Shown: positions 13,419 to 27,399 of the stretch, piece after piece
Layout: each line of letters starts with the position of its first letter
How positions within the stretch are numbered: position 1 is the first letter of the stretch
Source of the DNA: Callorhinchus milii
Taxonomy: Eukaryota
Direction of reading: 5' to 3'
Length of the DNA stretch: 64,000 nucleotides
Assembly: GCF_018977255.1 (NCBI RefSeq)
Contig: NW_024704742.1
Coordinates: 31,622,001 to 31,686,000 of the forward strand
The notes under the pieces: generated by a model
The model's input: the letters and a program-made list of their open reading frames with translations, nothing else
Told to the model about the DNA's origin: nothing
Databases searched by the model: none
Position numbers and translations under genes: made by a program

Positions 13419-14989
13419 TAACTTTGTAGAGAGTGCTGTGTCTATATCTCTGTATTTTTCAACTGTCCTCGTCATAATTTACAACAGCTCCTAGTCTAGT
13501 GGCATCCACAAATTTAGAAATAATCCTCTCTATTCCTGTATCCAGGTCATTGATACATACAGTGAAACGCTGAAGCCACAGCACTAATTCCGAGGGACAC
13601 CACCTATCACTGTCCACCAAATAGAGAACTTCCCTTTTATACGAATTATTTCTCCCTTATCTCTCAACCGATTTCCTATGTATGACACAATATTGCCTTG
13701 AACGTAAATGCCTTAATTTGCTTGGTAATATGTTTTCATTTTCACAGAAAACATAGCTAAAATCAATAACACGTGTACAACCACAGTACATAAACTGGTA
13801 ACACAAGGTAAGAACACACCAGCTGTTCTGGCTATTTGCATTCTTACGAGCAGCTGGACACTCCTTAAATAAGCTCCTCTTTACACAACAAATAAACCGT
13901 TTAAGAATAACAAATTTGATTGGCATGGGGAGAGGCTTAGATTTAGACAGTATCACAAACAACTAGCATTTGTATAGCAACCCTCAGGCAGGGTAGCATC
14001 CCACAAATATAATAATGCATATGTGAGTCTTTAATGTAGGGCAGCAAAGCCTTCAATCCCCATATAAAAGACAATATTTTCCAACAGTATTGAAGGTGAT
14101 GCCATTGTGAATTCTGAAATTTACCTGACCCTACTTTATCCTATAAACATTGAACTAATTATATTCACAGTAAGCTGATGTTCTGACTGCCACAAATAGA
14201 ATTTTGGTTCCTGGCCAGTGTAATTTGCACAAGGTGGTATGAGAAAACTGTTAAATATAGTACTTAAAACTGAATGAAAATCAGATATATTGCATCTGAC
14301 ATCATAGTTCCTGACGGCAGAGAAAGTAAATGGAGACAAACAGCAGAAAGCCTAAACGTTTTGCATTCCCATTTCATGTCAAGTGGCAAAAGTTTCCCCC
14401 CCACCCCCACAGGTCATGAGATTTCATCAATTTTGTTTTGCCATCCTCCTCCAAGAAACAAAAAGGTGAAGTACTCTGAACTACTTTGAGTCGGCTTTAA
14501 CACTGCTCCACTTACAGATGTACACATAGATTTTTTTTAAACATAAATCTTAAATCATCAGTGCACATTAACACTCAGTACTACATGATCTCTCAGCTCT
14601 CAAAACACAGATAACACCCTAAAACAAGGGAGTCATTTTTTGGGGTTAACCTGGTATTAATGGGACCCATCCAGAGTGGGATTCTGTATCAATTCTGGAC
14701 TGGATCTGAAATAACTTGCTTAAAAATGGCTTACTCAATTTCACGAGGCCACTTCAGTCAAGTCAAACAACAGAAAAGGCAGGTGTCCCTAATGAAACAC
14801 TTTCAGTGGTTCATAGCCATTTCTATGTCATGCCAAGTTATCTTGACCTCTCAGCATAATTTCCTTCCTGAGTTTGCAGTAAATTTAGGATTAGTGAAGC
14901 CAGACTGAAACTATTCATAGGTAGAATGGAATACTTAAAGAAAGCAGTTTGAATGGGAGTAAATGTTAACAATGGACACCAGTATCTAC

Positions 14990-15169
14990 CTTGGCAACTA
15001 TAGCAGCATATGTCACATCTGCCCTCCATGTTTTAGGAATTGACCAACCTACTAGCGGATCAGCCTCATCATTGTAAATTGGAATAGGCTTAAAGTTAGG
15101 AAAAAGTTCCAGGATCTGTTGAACTGTATCCATTTCTTGTTCTAAGATGTGGTACGAGCTGCCTCCACC
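14990..15169 (-). CDS. IDUA: IDUA exon 7 ([12 protein letters not shown]...[13 protein letters not shown]...YAAIVAK; catalytic nucleophile Glu)
   Basis: cacag/GTAGAT borders, 180 nt. Confidence 0.96.
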
Positions 15170-16366
15170 CTGTGAAAATAAAATGTTATATGTAAAATTG
15201 CTTCATTTTGTATAATGTGTTATATTATATTTTTCTTAAACATGTTACTCTTGTCTGTACCACACCAGCTATACAATTCTGACTATTGAGAAGACCTTCT
15301 TCAAATATTGGGGTCGTACGCAATTAACAACAACAACAACTTGGATTTATATAGCGCCCTCTACGCTGGATGGCGTCTCAAGAGTGCTTCACAGTAACGG
15401 ATCCCGAGGCCGAGCCAGGAGGAGGGGGAAGAAGGTGACCGAAAGCCCGGTCGAAAAGAAAGGTCTTCAGCCGAGACTGAAAGTGGGAAGAGAGGGGGCG
15501 AGGCGAAGGGAGTGAGGAAGGGAGTTCCAGAGCCAATTAAATGTGGACAACTTACATATTCTGAATTTTAAAACAAACTATCAGTACTATAAGCTGCGTT
15601 TGGATCAGCCATTATGACTATCAATTATCCTACCAAGTAAGGTGGTAGATGCAGAGTCCATTGTTGTTTCACGAAGAACATAGACAGCTATATAAAAGAA
15701 ACCGTTTTGAAGGGATATTGGGGATAGGCCGAGTCAGTGGGACTAAATGGACTCAATGAGCCGAAAGGCATACTTCTGCTCTGTAAATTTCTAGATTCTA
15801 GTCTAAGTCTGAAGTTAATATAATTCCACAAAATACCGTTAAAACATTATTTTGAAAGGAAACAATGGAAATAGTTTCAAACCGACTGACACAAATGTAT
15901 AATGATAGGACCCATAGAAAAAAAAAAAAAATTTCTATGCTATGTTGTGAGACACAGAAGAAACAGATACTCAGCTTGTAATATTTGACCCACAGGAATT
16001 CAGCTGCATTCGCCTTCCTACATGTGTAGGGAATATTGTTTCTAGTCAAGATAAGAACAAATAGAAACTAATTTGTATCATTTATAAAGCTAGAAAGGAA
16101 CACGTAACTTTTAACTCTCTGCTCTTGTATGAACTATTACACATATAACCCACGGCACCTGTTCCCCCTTCAAGTTAATTCTACATTACAAGGCAGAATT
16201 AAATAACCAGGAAAACTAGATCTACTTTCTCTCACCATAATTATTTGGTTCCAGACCAGTAGGGAGCTAGATTACTGTTTTTCTGTGGGAGTTGTGGGGG
16301 CATGAATGTAAAAATCATGCAGAATTTTTAAATATTGTACATGAACAATAAGAGATAAACATATAA

Positions 16367-16740
16367 AACAACAACAACAAGATTTCATTTATAGAGCGCC
16401 TTTCACGTCGGGAGGATGTCCCAAGGCGCTGGACAGTTGAGTCAGGACCCGAGCAGAGGGAAATGGTCAAGGAGGGAAGGGAGGGAGCGAGAGGGGGTAG
16501 AGAGTCGAGAGGGGAGCTGAAGGCACAGTCAAAGAGAAAGGTCTTGAGACCGGCTTTGAAGGAGGAAAAGGAGGAGGCGGCGAAGGCACTGGGGAAGGAG
16601 TTCCAGAGCCTCGGGGCTGAGAGGCTGAAGGCCCGGCCACCGATGGTAGGGCGGTTGGGGCGGGGGATGTGGAGCAAACAGGAGCCAGAGGAACGGAGGG
16701 TACGGGCGGGTAAGTAGGGGCCTTGTAGGTGAGGATGAGG
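16367..16740 (-). mobile_element. Young L2 3'-end copy
   Basis: IGGRAFSLSAPRLWNS...FKAGLKTFLF motif. Confidence 0.85.
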
Positions 16741-17711
16741 ACATATGATTGTTCTTCATTTCCAACAAGCGTTAGCAGTACATTGGGAATTTACCCTCCA
16801 CTCAAAAGCACCTGGTTTAGTTCATGTTAAACCTACTTACTTAGGGTGGAGATATTTATTGAAATGCCATGAGTTTTACCTATTAACAACTTAGTTATGG
16901 TAAAATCTTTAAAAAATTCAAAAAATTAAACCCCAAAGTGACATTTAACATACAAAGTAATAGCTTCAATTTAATATAATACTTTGCAGAATCATTCACA
17001 AAAAGCATGTCCAATGTTCAGTGGACTTTACACAGAAGTTAATGGAATGACAAATAACAAGAACTCAAAACAGGGTCATGACTCATTCAAAAACATTCAG
17101 ATGCAATCTGCTATTCAACATTTTATTTTACAATGAAAACACATTTTAATACTGGTTTGCTCATAGAAGTAAATTAAATGTTTATCTGTTACATTAGATG
17201 TATATTTAGTAGGTAACCATGGGGGGAGAAATTGGGTGAGAACTACATTTTCAGGTAATTAATTAGATCAATTGGATAACTTTTTATGTTATGCAGCAAA
17301 AGAGAAGGGGGCAAGACCAAATAGACTTGAATGGTTCCAACGTCAAAGGCAGGTACTGAAATACCTATGAATAGCTGTGGTATATATTGTTTGAAAATAA
17401 ACATTTTAAAAAAATGTTGTACCCTATAAACAGATGAGGAAAGTGATGAGAAAACAAAGTCAACCATGAACAAGTTTGTTCTGCAGGTTTATGAATGCTG
17501 GAGACTAATTTACAGTGCTACTTAATCTTAATAAGAAATTGTATAATGTCAATCAGTGGAAACTCTGTTTCTGTAGTACACTGTGTTAGAGCAAATTTAT
17601 GGTGACTTGACATGACATACTACCCAATTGTGTGGAATCCAGTTAAATTACTGCAAATTAGACCCCGGTAGTTTTTATTTTGAGAACATGATGAAATTCA
17701 GCATGACTAAC

Positions 17712-17914
17712 CTTCTTGTGCAAAGCAATGTAATCTAGTCGCACTCCAATCTCTCCAGTAAAGAAGTTGGTCCCATTGTAACAGTGATTCAGCAAGCCCC
17801 AACTTATAGGTGAGTGTGGGAGAGGGTGACATGAATCGCCTGGTCCACCTAGTTGGAGCAATGAGCTAGCAGCTTTCAGACCTTCTGAACATGCATCGTA
17901 ATAATTTTGGAATC
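17712..17914 (-). CDS. IDUA: IDUA exon 6 ([13 protein letters not shown]...[10 protein letters not shown])
   Basis: ttttag/GTTAGT borders, 203 nt, inside ORF 17658-17996. Confidence 0.97.
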
Positions 17915-18869
17915 CTAAAACAGACAGTGTTGTTTTAAAGACTGAAATGTAATAAGACTGCTTATTTACATCTCCCACTCTGGCATGAAATTGCAATTTG
18001 TTGTAGTTAAAATAATCAATGTTGACATATAGTTAAAATCATGTTACTCGATTCTAAATACAGTGAAAAATTTAAATTCAATATCGTTTTTTAAGCAGAC
18101 ATGTAAAAGATAATTGTGTGTGTCAATAGAGTCATATACTATTCACTATTGCCACCTCCTTCGAATTACACTTGGATTTGGATCTCCAGAATGTCAAGTG
18201 ATTGGCACATCATAAACTGTCCTACAAAGATGTCTCCACCACACTGAAGAAGGATGCTCATCAAAAGGCCTGTGAGAATAAAAGAGCTTTGGATGGTTAC
18301 TATAAGATGCTACTTGGAATGTGGGTTGCAAGCCCATGATCTTATATCTGAGACTCAATTGCTAGCCTGGTTTCTGGTTCGTGTACTGAGAGCTAAGCAA
18401 ATGGGACTTAAAGGATAGTCCTTAAAAGAGCCAGCGCTGACACAATAGGCTGAATGGCCTTCTTCTGTAATATAAATTTCTATGGTTTAATAGATAAATA
18501 ACAAATGATTGTGTGATCATTTAATGGTTACAATATATGTCTGGTTTGTGGCATGAATGATGGTGGTGATGCACTCACAACTTTTTGTGCAGCTTTCTTG
18601 CTCACCACACTACTCAAGAAGAGCTCACATTAGAACATGTGCCTGATAAATGTCTTCTGTGAAGCTCTTTGAGATGTCCTTCTGACGTAAAAGGCATTAT
18701 ATAAATGTAAAATTGCTGCTATTTGTTGATCAACGTGCAATCTGGGCAGGAAGGAGGGGTGAAGTAAGTAGGATCTCTCCATCACCATTGTAACAAAGGG
18801 AGAGCAGAGAGAAGTTTACTCTGTGGTGGGTTCAGTATTTCCACTTCTGAAATAGCGAGGTCCACTGAC

Positions 18870-18964
18870 TAGGAGGATAGACAAGTATAGACAAGTCAAT
18901 GGAGATGTAGGAGGATAGACAAGTCAATGGAGACATAGGCGGATAGTCAAGTCAATGGAGATGG
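18870..18964. repeat. 28-bp tandem repeat x3 (TAGGAGGATAGACAAGTCAATGGAGATG)
   Basis: Units directly visible. Confidence 0.85.
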
Positions 18965-20175
18965 AATTCTTGCTACTTGGTCCCTGATATCTGTGATAGG
19001 ACAGAGGACTGGTGGACCTCAATTGCGGAAGATAAATAAATCTGCCCTAACACTTACCTCTGCAAGCTAACCTACCTAAAAAATAGAGTAGTCCTAGTAG
19101 GACATGCAATGGGAAGTTCACCAGTGCTTCATAGAGGTAAGCTGTGATGTGTTAGCTGGCCAAATTCTAACAATATGCCCAATGGGTACTTTGTGATCCC
19201 TATTCGTCTTTCATCAAGCTGCATCTATGTTTTTGGAGCATAGGCAAACATTTGTATCTCCATCTGGGCGAGAGTTTGTGTATACTCCAAATCAGGTAAA
19301 ATTAAGCTTTTATGAGTGTTCAATAGCTGGAACTGGAGTTATTTTGCTAAGCAACAGAAAATCTTTTTGTAACAAACTAAATAAGTAAGAATTATTAGAA
19401 TTGATTAGATTGATAAAATAAATTGTTATCTCACTTACTACAGGGAATTAACAATCTCTCACAAGATCAATATGCGCAAAGGAACCACACATATAAAAGA
19501 AGATTATGTTATAGTTGGCACTTGGGATTTATAACATTCCAGTGCACCTTATGCTTGTTTGTGTGATTTTAATTTTGCTGACTTAAAAGTGCAATTTTGT
19601 TTTTGCTTTTTTAAATTTTAATTAATGGCACTGTTTTTTTGACATTTTAATTAATGGCCACGATCAACAAAATCAGAATCAGTGTTCACTGTGTATGCGT
19701 GCAAAAAGTCAGCTGCTTACCCACACGCTGCACACTGCTCTATTGATGCACATCGGCTTCAAATTAAATTGTTGTACTTCAAAACATGTCACTTTAAACC
19801 CCATTGTTGAGCTGATGGATTCAGAGCACAATTTGAAGTTACAGAGAAGTTACAGAGAAGCTATTTCCTCTGGTAGGGAAATCCAAACAAGGGGGCAAGC
19901 CATGTTAGAGTGAAATCAGGAATCATTTTTTCATTCAAAGGATGGTAGAAATCTGGAATTCTCTCCCCCAAAAGGACATGGATGATGAATCCACCCACAC
20001 CTTCAAGTGTGAGGTTGACAGATTTTTGATAGGTCAGGGTATTAAGAGATATGGGGAGAAAGCGGGAAATTGGAATTGAAAGGATTAGTTGAGGTACAGC
20101 TCAGCCATGATCTAATTAAATGGTGGAACAGGGCTGAATGGTTCTACGTGATTGCTACCTACATATTTGACTCAC

Positions 20176-20271
20176 CTTGAATTGTGAATGTTACATTGTC
20201 AAAATCATGATGATCTGGTTCATTCCAAGTTTCAAAGTTCCATTTAGACACATATGCCTCTCCATACATAT
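20176..20271 (-). CDS. IDUA: IDUA exon 5 ([16 protein letters not shown]; catalytic acid/base Glu)
   Basis: tacag/GTGAGT borders, 96 nt. Confidence 0.97.
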
Positions 20272-20624
20272 CTGTAATTAAATGGTAACCCAAGGTGAGA
20301 AAGTGAAGGACAACATTCTTATCTTTGTAAAACAGATACAGTATCCTGTTTTAGTCTATAGGTTTTGTTTTAAAATTGAAAAGATGACATTGTTAATGCT
20401 CAATATTGCAGACATTATACAAATCAATTAATCTTGCAAGCCAAAGTACTAATGGATAGAGTGGTCCTAGCTTGCCAAACAGTCACATTTTAGGTCAAGG
20501 ACAAGAGGTTGTAGAAGAGTTTCCACTAACTGGTGCAAAAAGGATATAAGCTTTATCTTTTACTACGTTAGATGGTTATTATAAGCATGGCTTCAATTGT
20601 ATGCTTGGAGTGGATTGGTTGTGT

Positions 20625-21355
20625 TGTGCTGACAGAATGTCTGTCAGACATCAAGTCGTGAATGAGAGCTAACTTTCTTCAGTTGAACGCCAACAAGACC
20701 GAGGCCCTCCTGGTTGGCTCCCGTTAGCACCTCCTCACCTCAGGCACTGACAGCATCACCATCCACGGTTGCACACTCCACCTTTCTAAGCCAGTCCAGA
20801 ACCTTGGCTTCTTGTTTGACTCTCAACTATCCTTTCTACCCCACATTGGTGCCATGACCCACTCCGCCTTCCCCCACCTCCGGAACGTCGCCCAGCTCTG
20901 ACACTGTCTCACACCACAGGCCGCCAAAACCCTCATACACGCCTTCATTACATCGAGGCTCGACTATGCAAATTCATTGCTTGTCGGCCTCCCCAACTCC
21001 TCCCTCCACAGGCTGCAGATCATCCAGAACTCCCACACTAGGCTCCGCGACCCTATCACTTCCATCCTTGCCCAACACCACTGGCTTCCTATCACACAGA
21101 GGATACAGTTCAAGATCCTGGTCCTCACCTTCAAAGCCCTCCATGGTCTTGCTCCCCCCTACCTCTCTGACCTCCTAACCCCCTACCATCCTGTTCGCTC
21201 CCTCCGCTCAGCAGGCCTGCCTCACATCCCCCACTTTGCTCACCCCACTATTGGCAGGGGGGCCGTCCACCACTCTGCCTCTACCCTCTGGAACTCCATC
21301 CCGCAGTCACTCCGTCTCGCCCCCTTCCTTGCCACCTTCAAGACCCATCTCAAGT
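20625..21355 (+). mobile_element. L2-clade LINE 3' fragment
   Basis: HWLPITQRIQFKILVLTFKALHGLAPPYLSDLL, typical L2 ORF2 C-terminus. Confidence 0.88.
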
Positions 21356-21701
21356 GCAGCAAATAAGAATTTATGTTGGCCATGATTGTTTTAGTGCAGA
21401 AACCTGCTAGTATGCAAGAAGCAAGTTGGCCAGCTGCACAGTCAAACCTCATTAAAGCACTGATTGCGATTTTTTACAACACAAGTACATTATAATGGGG
21501 CTCCACTGTATTTTACAAGAATCCGTATATCCCAATTCTGCCTCTTGAAAAGAACCAACGTTTACGAAGGTATACTAGATTACTTGGGAATAATTACAAT
21601 TATAATGTGGGTTTTTGTGTGCTATTTGCTGACAGTTGGTCAGAAGAGGCAACCTCTGAATCATTCAATTCAACGTAATAAAATGAATGCCTAGGATTAA
21701 T

Positions 21702-21805
21702 AGCAGAGAGGTAGCTGGCAAACTTCTGTGCAACTTTACAAACTTGGATCATTTCATCCACCTTTTGTGGGAGAATGGTCTTAAACTAGGTCACAATCAG
21801 CTGGA
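21702..21805 (+). pseudogene. Inverted, degenerate duplicate of IDUA exon 3 with flanking splice-site sequence
   Basis: Matches the reverse complement of 25366-25473; 74/83 exon positions identical by manual alignment; 4-nt deletion in the copied donor. Confidence 0.9.
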
Positions 21806-22037
21806 CTAATCTGTGTAGTCACTGCCACTTATCAAATACCTTACACTTCACTACTAGAAAAATATAACATCCTTGCATTTGATGTAGCTCCTTATCTTGC
21901 TGAAACGTCTCAAGGCACTTCACAGAATTACTGTAAAATGTACTGGCAATGTATTTGTAAGTGAATGCAGCAGCCAATTTGTGCACAGCAATGTCCCACA
22001 AACTGCAAAGTGAATGACAGCTGTTCTATGTACTAAC

Positions 22038-22145
22038 CTATATATCTTTTTGCCAATAGGGTGATCAAATTCTTCCACTCAATCACCTGTACTTTCTCTT
22101 CAAAGTTGGTGAAGTAGCCTGATGGATTTCCCATAAGCTCAAACC
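22038..22145 (-). CDS. IDUA: IDUA exon 4 ([16 protein letters not shown]...LAKRYI)
   Basis: tacag/GTTAGT borders, 108 nt, GFELMG motif. Confidence 0.96.
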
Positions 22146-22779
22146 CTGTAAAATATCAACATTTTTTCTTGAAAATCAGAGATCAACAAACAAACCGTAC
22201 AGTTCGCAACAAAAATAAAATAAGCAATCAATTTAAAAATATATATATCCTAAACACTCATTAAGGCTGCAGTGTCCCACAAAACTAATATTAAGTAAGA
22301 AAATTAATTAATAACTGGAGGTGATTTCTAACAGCATTTTTTAATAAAGAAATTAAAGTACATCACCCCAGCCTTGAGAACTCTGCCAAACACAAACAAC
22401 TTTCAGAGCACAGTTCCCATAAATCGGCGTGACGTACACTATTTCCCATTAATTCATCACTCAAATTTCTTATAAATAGTAAACTGTTTCCATTAGAAAT
22501 TGTATTTTAGACCCCAGGAACAAGAGTGCCATACTTTGTTGCTGTCTTCTGTTGCCTCATTTGTCTATCATAAAACATCTGCTGATCTAAGTAACCATCT
22601 AAGCCCTGAAGCCTTTTCTACTGGGATCATGTGCTGGATGTGGATGAACTAGTTTGGTGCAACCAGCTAGAGTACTTTAAAAAGAATGAGTAAACAACCT
22701 TGAAACTGTTCAACACTTTGACTTGCAACAAAGCTCTACACGTCGTAAAATTGATTAATTATCCATCTAGATAATGACG

Positions 22780-23682
22780 TTCTGAACATCTGTGATCCAG
22801 GCTCCCTCTGCCTCCTCGTCCTCCTCGACCTCTCTGCCGACTTCGACAGTGTTGACCACTCCATCCTCATACACCGCCTCTCCTCTTTACTTAATCTTCG
22901 CGGACCTGCCCTTGCCTGGTTCGATTCCTCTCTCTCTCTGTCTCCACTTTGTTGCCTCTTATAGGTTCTCCTCCAGCTCCTGCACTGTCACGTCTGGCGT
23001 CCCCCAGGGCTCTGTCCTTGGCCCTCTCCTCTTTAATATCTACATGCTCCCCCTCGGTGACATCATACGCAGACATGGGGTCAACTTCCATATGTATGGG
23101 GATGACACCCAATTCTATCTCTCTGCCTCCATCCTCAACTCCAGGACCACTGCTGTCCTGACAGACTGTCTGTCGGACATCAAGTCCTGGATGAGGGCAA
23201 ATTTCTTACAGTTGAATGTGAACAAGACTGAGGCCCTCCTGATTGACTCGCGCCAGCGCCTCAGCACCTCAGGCTCTGGCAGCATCAGCCTCCATGGTTG
23301 GACCCTTCAACTCACCAGCCAGTCAGGAACCTCGGTGTCTTGTTTGACCTTCAACTGTCTTTTCGTACCCACATCCAAGCCATGACCCGCTCTGACCTTC
23401 TCTCACCTCCATAACATCGCCCGAATCCGCCACTACCTCACCCTTCAGGTCACTGAAACTCTTGTTCATGCCTTCATTGCCTCCAGGCTCAACTATGCAA
23501 ACCCCTTCAAGTCCCACCTCAAAACCCTCCTCTTCGACCATGCCATCAGCCACCCCACTTCCCCTCCCCTCCCTTCTCCCCCCTTGACCCCAGCTTGGGT
23601 CTGAAATGCTGTACAATGTCCAGCACCTTGGGACGTCCTCAACGTGAAAGGCGCTATACAAATGTAATCTTGTTGTTGTTGT
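22780..23682 (+). mobile_element. L2-clade LINE fragment (RT to 3' tail)
   Basis: [30 protein letters not shown] motifs; (TTG)n tail. Confidence 0.9.
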
Positions 23683-25385
23683 AGTCCTGAATTTGAATAG
23701 AGAAGCAGTGATGGAAATGCCTTTATCATACGCCTCTATGAAAAGAGTAATTATTAGCATATGGAGAAAGGCAATTTAATATACACTAGATTTAATACGT
23801 ATGGATTTTCAAAAGGGATTTTCTGTCAGCTATAAGACTTGTTGCGAAGGTTAATAATTAAAGACTAGGAGCACAAATAATATTAAAGCCAAAGTGGTGG
23901 CATTGATAAGAGGGTTGTCAGAAGGTTTGAAGGATACATGGATGCTTCTCGAATTGCCAAAAATTAGCTAGGAAGTAGCCTGCACTTGGATCTCTCTTAC
24001 CAACTTGGGAGCATTGTTGTGAAAAAGAACATCGGAAAATATTTCCATGGAAAGATACTGATATTTTCATTTTGCTGGGGGGGGGGTGGGTGGGAAGAGG
24101 GGAAAAGAGGAGTATTAATGAATGCTTTGTTCAAATATCTAGCAGGCAAAGATAAATTGTCAAGTTAGCTGCAAACTCACAAAGTAGACAAGATTGGAGT
24201 GAAAATGGGAAATTTTCAGATTTTTTTCTTTCATGGACAAATATAAATGAAGACTTGTTCCAATGGAATGTTTTTGTTTCCTTTAAATTTCCCCATGTCT
24301 TTACAGAAGTTTTAAATTTTGCGCATTTGGGCCTGAAACTGGGGTCTAAGGGATGCTAAACATTTTACAATTCAGGCCCTATAAGTTTAATAGTGTGATC
24401 TAATTCATGATATTAGCAAAATGGATGGAAAGTGTTAATTTGAACCCTCTCAATTGACCCAAGAGTCCAGATGCACAGAATACCATCTTACTCTGTGCAT
24501 CAAGGGGTAAGAAAGGTGGTTAGTTCCACAGCTGCAAGTTGCAAAATTCTAAATGCAAAAGCCTTTGAACTGCAAAGATGCCACTGAAAGGAATCTTAAT
24601 ATTTTTAGCAGCCATCACCAAAGTTTTGATTTTGGTCTTTCGATGCCACTTTACAGGATATTGGTTTAACTAAACTGATATCCTGTAAAACATTACCTGA
24701 AATGTCACTTCCACTTTCAAAACAGTGGCCCCAGTAAGTGGGAAACCAATGTGACCTAAACTGTGCTAGTTTGGTTAGTTTTTCAAAATACCACAATTTG
24801 CCTTCATCTGATTTTGAAACATAGCATCACCAACTTAGATTCCTTTATAAAATAATTGAAATAATGTGGTATTTGGACAAACTGTAACCTGAGGTTAGTG
24901 TAGACTCACTTATCTCATTTGTCACATCCGATCATTGTCAGTTTCATATTGGGTGAGTTTCTCTTTGACCACTGGAGTCGTGTAATATATTTGGTACTTC
25001 ATTGTGGCAGAATACTTCACTACAATCAACTGTCCACTGATGATAGAAACACACAGCTTCATCACACTACATATAATAATAATCCTTGCATTTGATATAG
25101 TGCTTTTCACATCTTCTAGACGTCTCAAAGCGCTTCACAGAAAATACAGTAAAGTGAATTGACCGTATATTTCTGGGCGAATGCATCTGCAGCATCCTCA
25201 ATAGTCTACTGGCAGAAGGGAGTGAGAATATGTTCCTGACCCTACTCATACTCAACAGTAAATTAAACCATTTCATCAGAATGGCCCTAACTTCACTAAG
25301 GAGGATGAGCATAATGTATTAATATGTGGACAAGAGTATTACTTAAATCTGCTCTTGGATTTGATTCCTGCTGATTGTGACTTAC

Positions 25386-25468
25386 CTGGCTTAAGACCAT
25401 TCTCCCACAAAAGGTGGATGAAACGATCCAAGTTTGTAAAGTTGTACATAAGTTTGCCATTCATCTCT
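25386..25468 (-). CDS. IDUA: IDUA exon 3 (EMNGKLMYNFTNLDRFIHLLWENGLKP)
   Basis: pyrimidine tract + cag acceptor, GTAAGT donor, 83 nt keeps the frame, YNFTxLD motif. Confidence 0.95.
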
Positions 25469-25809
25469 CTGCTCAAAAGGGAAAGGAAGGTTAAATAAAT
25501 GAAACTATCTTGCTATAGTAACGTAGAGAAAAGCAATACTACAAAGAAATTGTAGGGAATTGCTGTTTAGTGTCGTAACAATTTTGCACAGCAATGTCCA
25601 ACAAGCAGCCGCCAATTTCACACAGCAATGTCCTACAAACAGCCATAATTTGAATGACAGTTTATCATGTTGACAAGAACACCAGAAAAAACTCTTCTCT
25701 TTTTGAGTAGCGCCATGAGCTACCTGAACAGACAGATAGAAACTACTTAGAGTATTTATAATGATAATAATCCTTGCATTTGATGTAGTGATGATGGGGT
25801 TCCATAGCA

Positions 25810-26630
25810 CAGTGCTCACAAGCGAGAGGACCCAGGTTCGATTCCCGGGCGGGGTGAAACTTTAGACAAGTTTGCTTACTCCACAGGCATGTTTACTTAG
25901 CAGTAGGTAGGAACCCGGTTGTTAGTTAATTGGTGGATTGTTTTCCGAGGCTACTAATCCCCTCAAAAATAAATAATAATTCAGTCACTCAATACAAGAC
26001 TGTTTGCGGGACACTGCTGTACGCAATTGGCTGCCGCATTTCTCCCAACAAATACAGTCAATTCACTTTAAAGTATAAAATACATTGCAAAATTACATTT
26101 GTATAGCTCCTATCATGACGGGAGGACGTCCTAAGGTGCTGGACAGTCAGTGATTTCGATCCAAGCTGGTGGGAGGGTGGATAAGGGAGGGTGGAGGATA
26201 GGGAGGGTAGGAGGATTGTATATTCTGGGAAGCACTTTGAGATGTATCAACGACCTGATAAGGCACTATATCAAATACTAGGATTATTATTAATATTGTT
26301 ATTGTACCTTACTTTGTTGAGACATCTCAAAGTGTTTGACAGAATATACTGTAATGTCAATTGACTATATTTTGTGGGTGAAATGCGGTAGTGAATTTTG
26401 CACAGCAGTGTCCGCCAATCAGTCATGGATTGAGTGATCAAATTATTATTATTTCATTTATTTTTTGATGGTATTATTACCACAGAAAGCAATCTGCCAA
26501 TCGATTAACAATTGAGTTCCTACTTACTGCTAGCTAAACAGAGGTGTGTAAAGTAAGGAAATTTGCATAAGGTTTCGTCCTGCCTGAGATTTGTACCCGG
26601 GTCCATTCGCTTGCAACTACAGGACTCCAC
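25810..26630. mobile_element. Inverted pair of tRNA-SINEs (+ ~25810-26075; - ~26305-26630) with intervening tail fragments
   Basis: B box GGTTCGATTCCC on the plus strand; head ...AGGACTCCAC ending at 26630 on the minus strand. Confidence 0.8.
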
Positions 26631-27399
26631 TTGTGTAGAGAAGGCAGACTACTGTACTGTATACTATGGATCAAACATTTTTTCTTTCTGGTAAACTAAA
26701 CTCTGGAAAATGCTGAAGTAATCAAATTACTTTAGAAAATTACTTTGCTGGTTAATGTAAAACATGACTGGCATCTACCTAGGTCAGTAATTCAGACTCT
26801 TAAGAGGTCAAAGAGTCCACATACTATAAGGGAACCATTTACTAAATACAGCATGACTGGTTGAGTTCCCAAACAATGTTTTTCTGTTTCGTAGTTAGGT
26901 AACAATTCGTGATTTATACCGAGAAGCAAAACTGAGATGTCAACGTACCAAAAGTGTGATCGATTCATCAATAAAGTGCATTACTACAACTAGTATTGCT
27001 CTTGTTAAAAAGTTAACAAAGAAAGTTAACCGAAGGCAAAGGAGTTAGAGGGAACTGTGAGGACATAAACCAACGGCTAAATAAACGGGAAAATTTGGAA
27101 AGGTCAAAAGGGAGCTTAGAGAAGTAGATTAAGGAAGGAATTTGGACAAATAGACCTTGGTAAGGCTAAGGCAGTTTATATACATTACAATTTACATTAT
27201 ATAGGACCCTTCATGTTAGGAGGATGTGTCAAAAGTATGTGGGTAAGAGAAAGAGTAGGTGTGCTAGTTTTGGGTTGTGGGCTCCAGCCACGATTCCTCT
27301 CCATGGTTCAGAGAGCAGATGTTCCGAAATATTGCATCATCCCCATGTTCTTATAAAACTTTCTAATGTACCTTTTACCTTCTAACCCTTTATCCAGCA

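Noticed and set aside
18870..18964. Regularly spaced repeats superficially like a CRISPR array (also 2398-2544)
   Set aside because: Head-to-tail units without unique spacers, in a vertebrate intron; ordinary minisatellites
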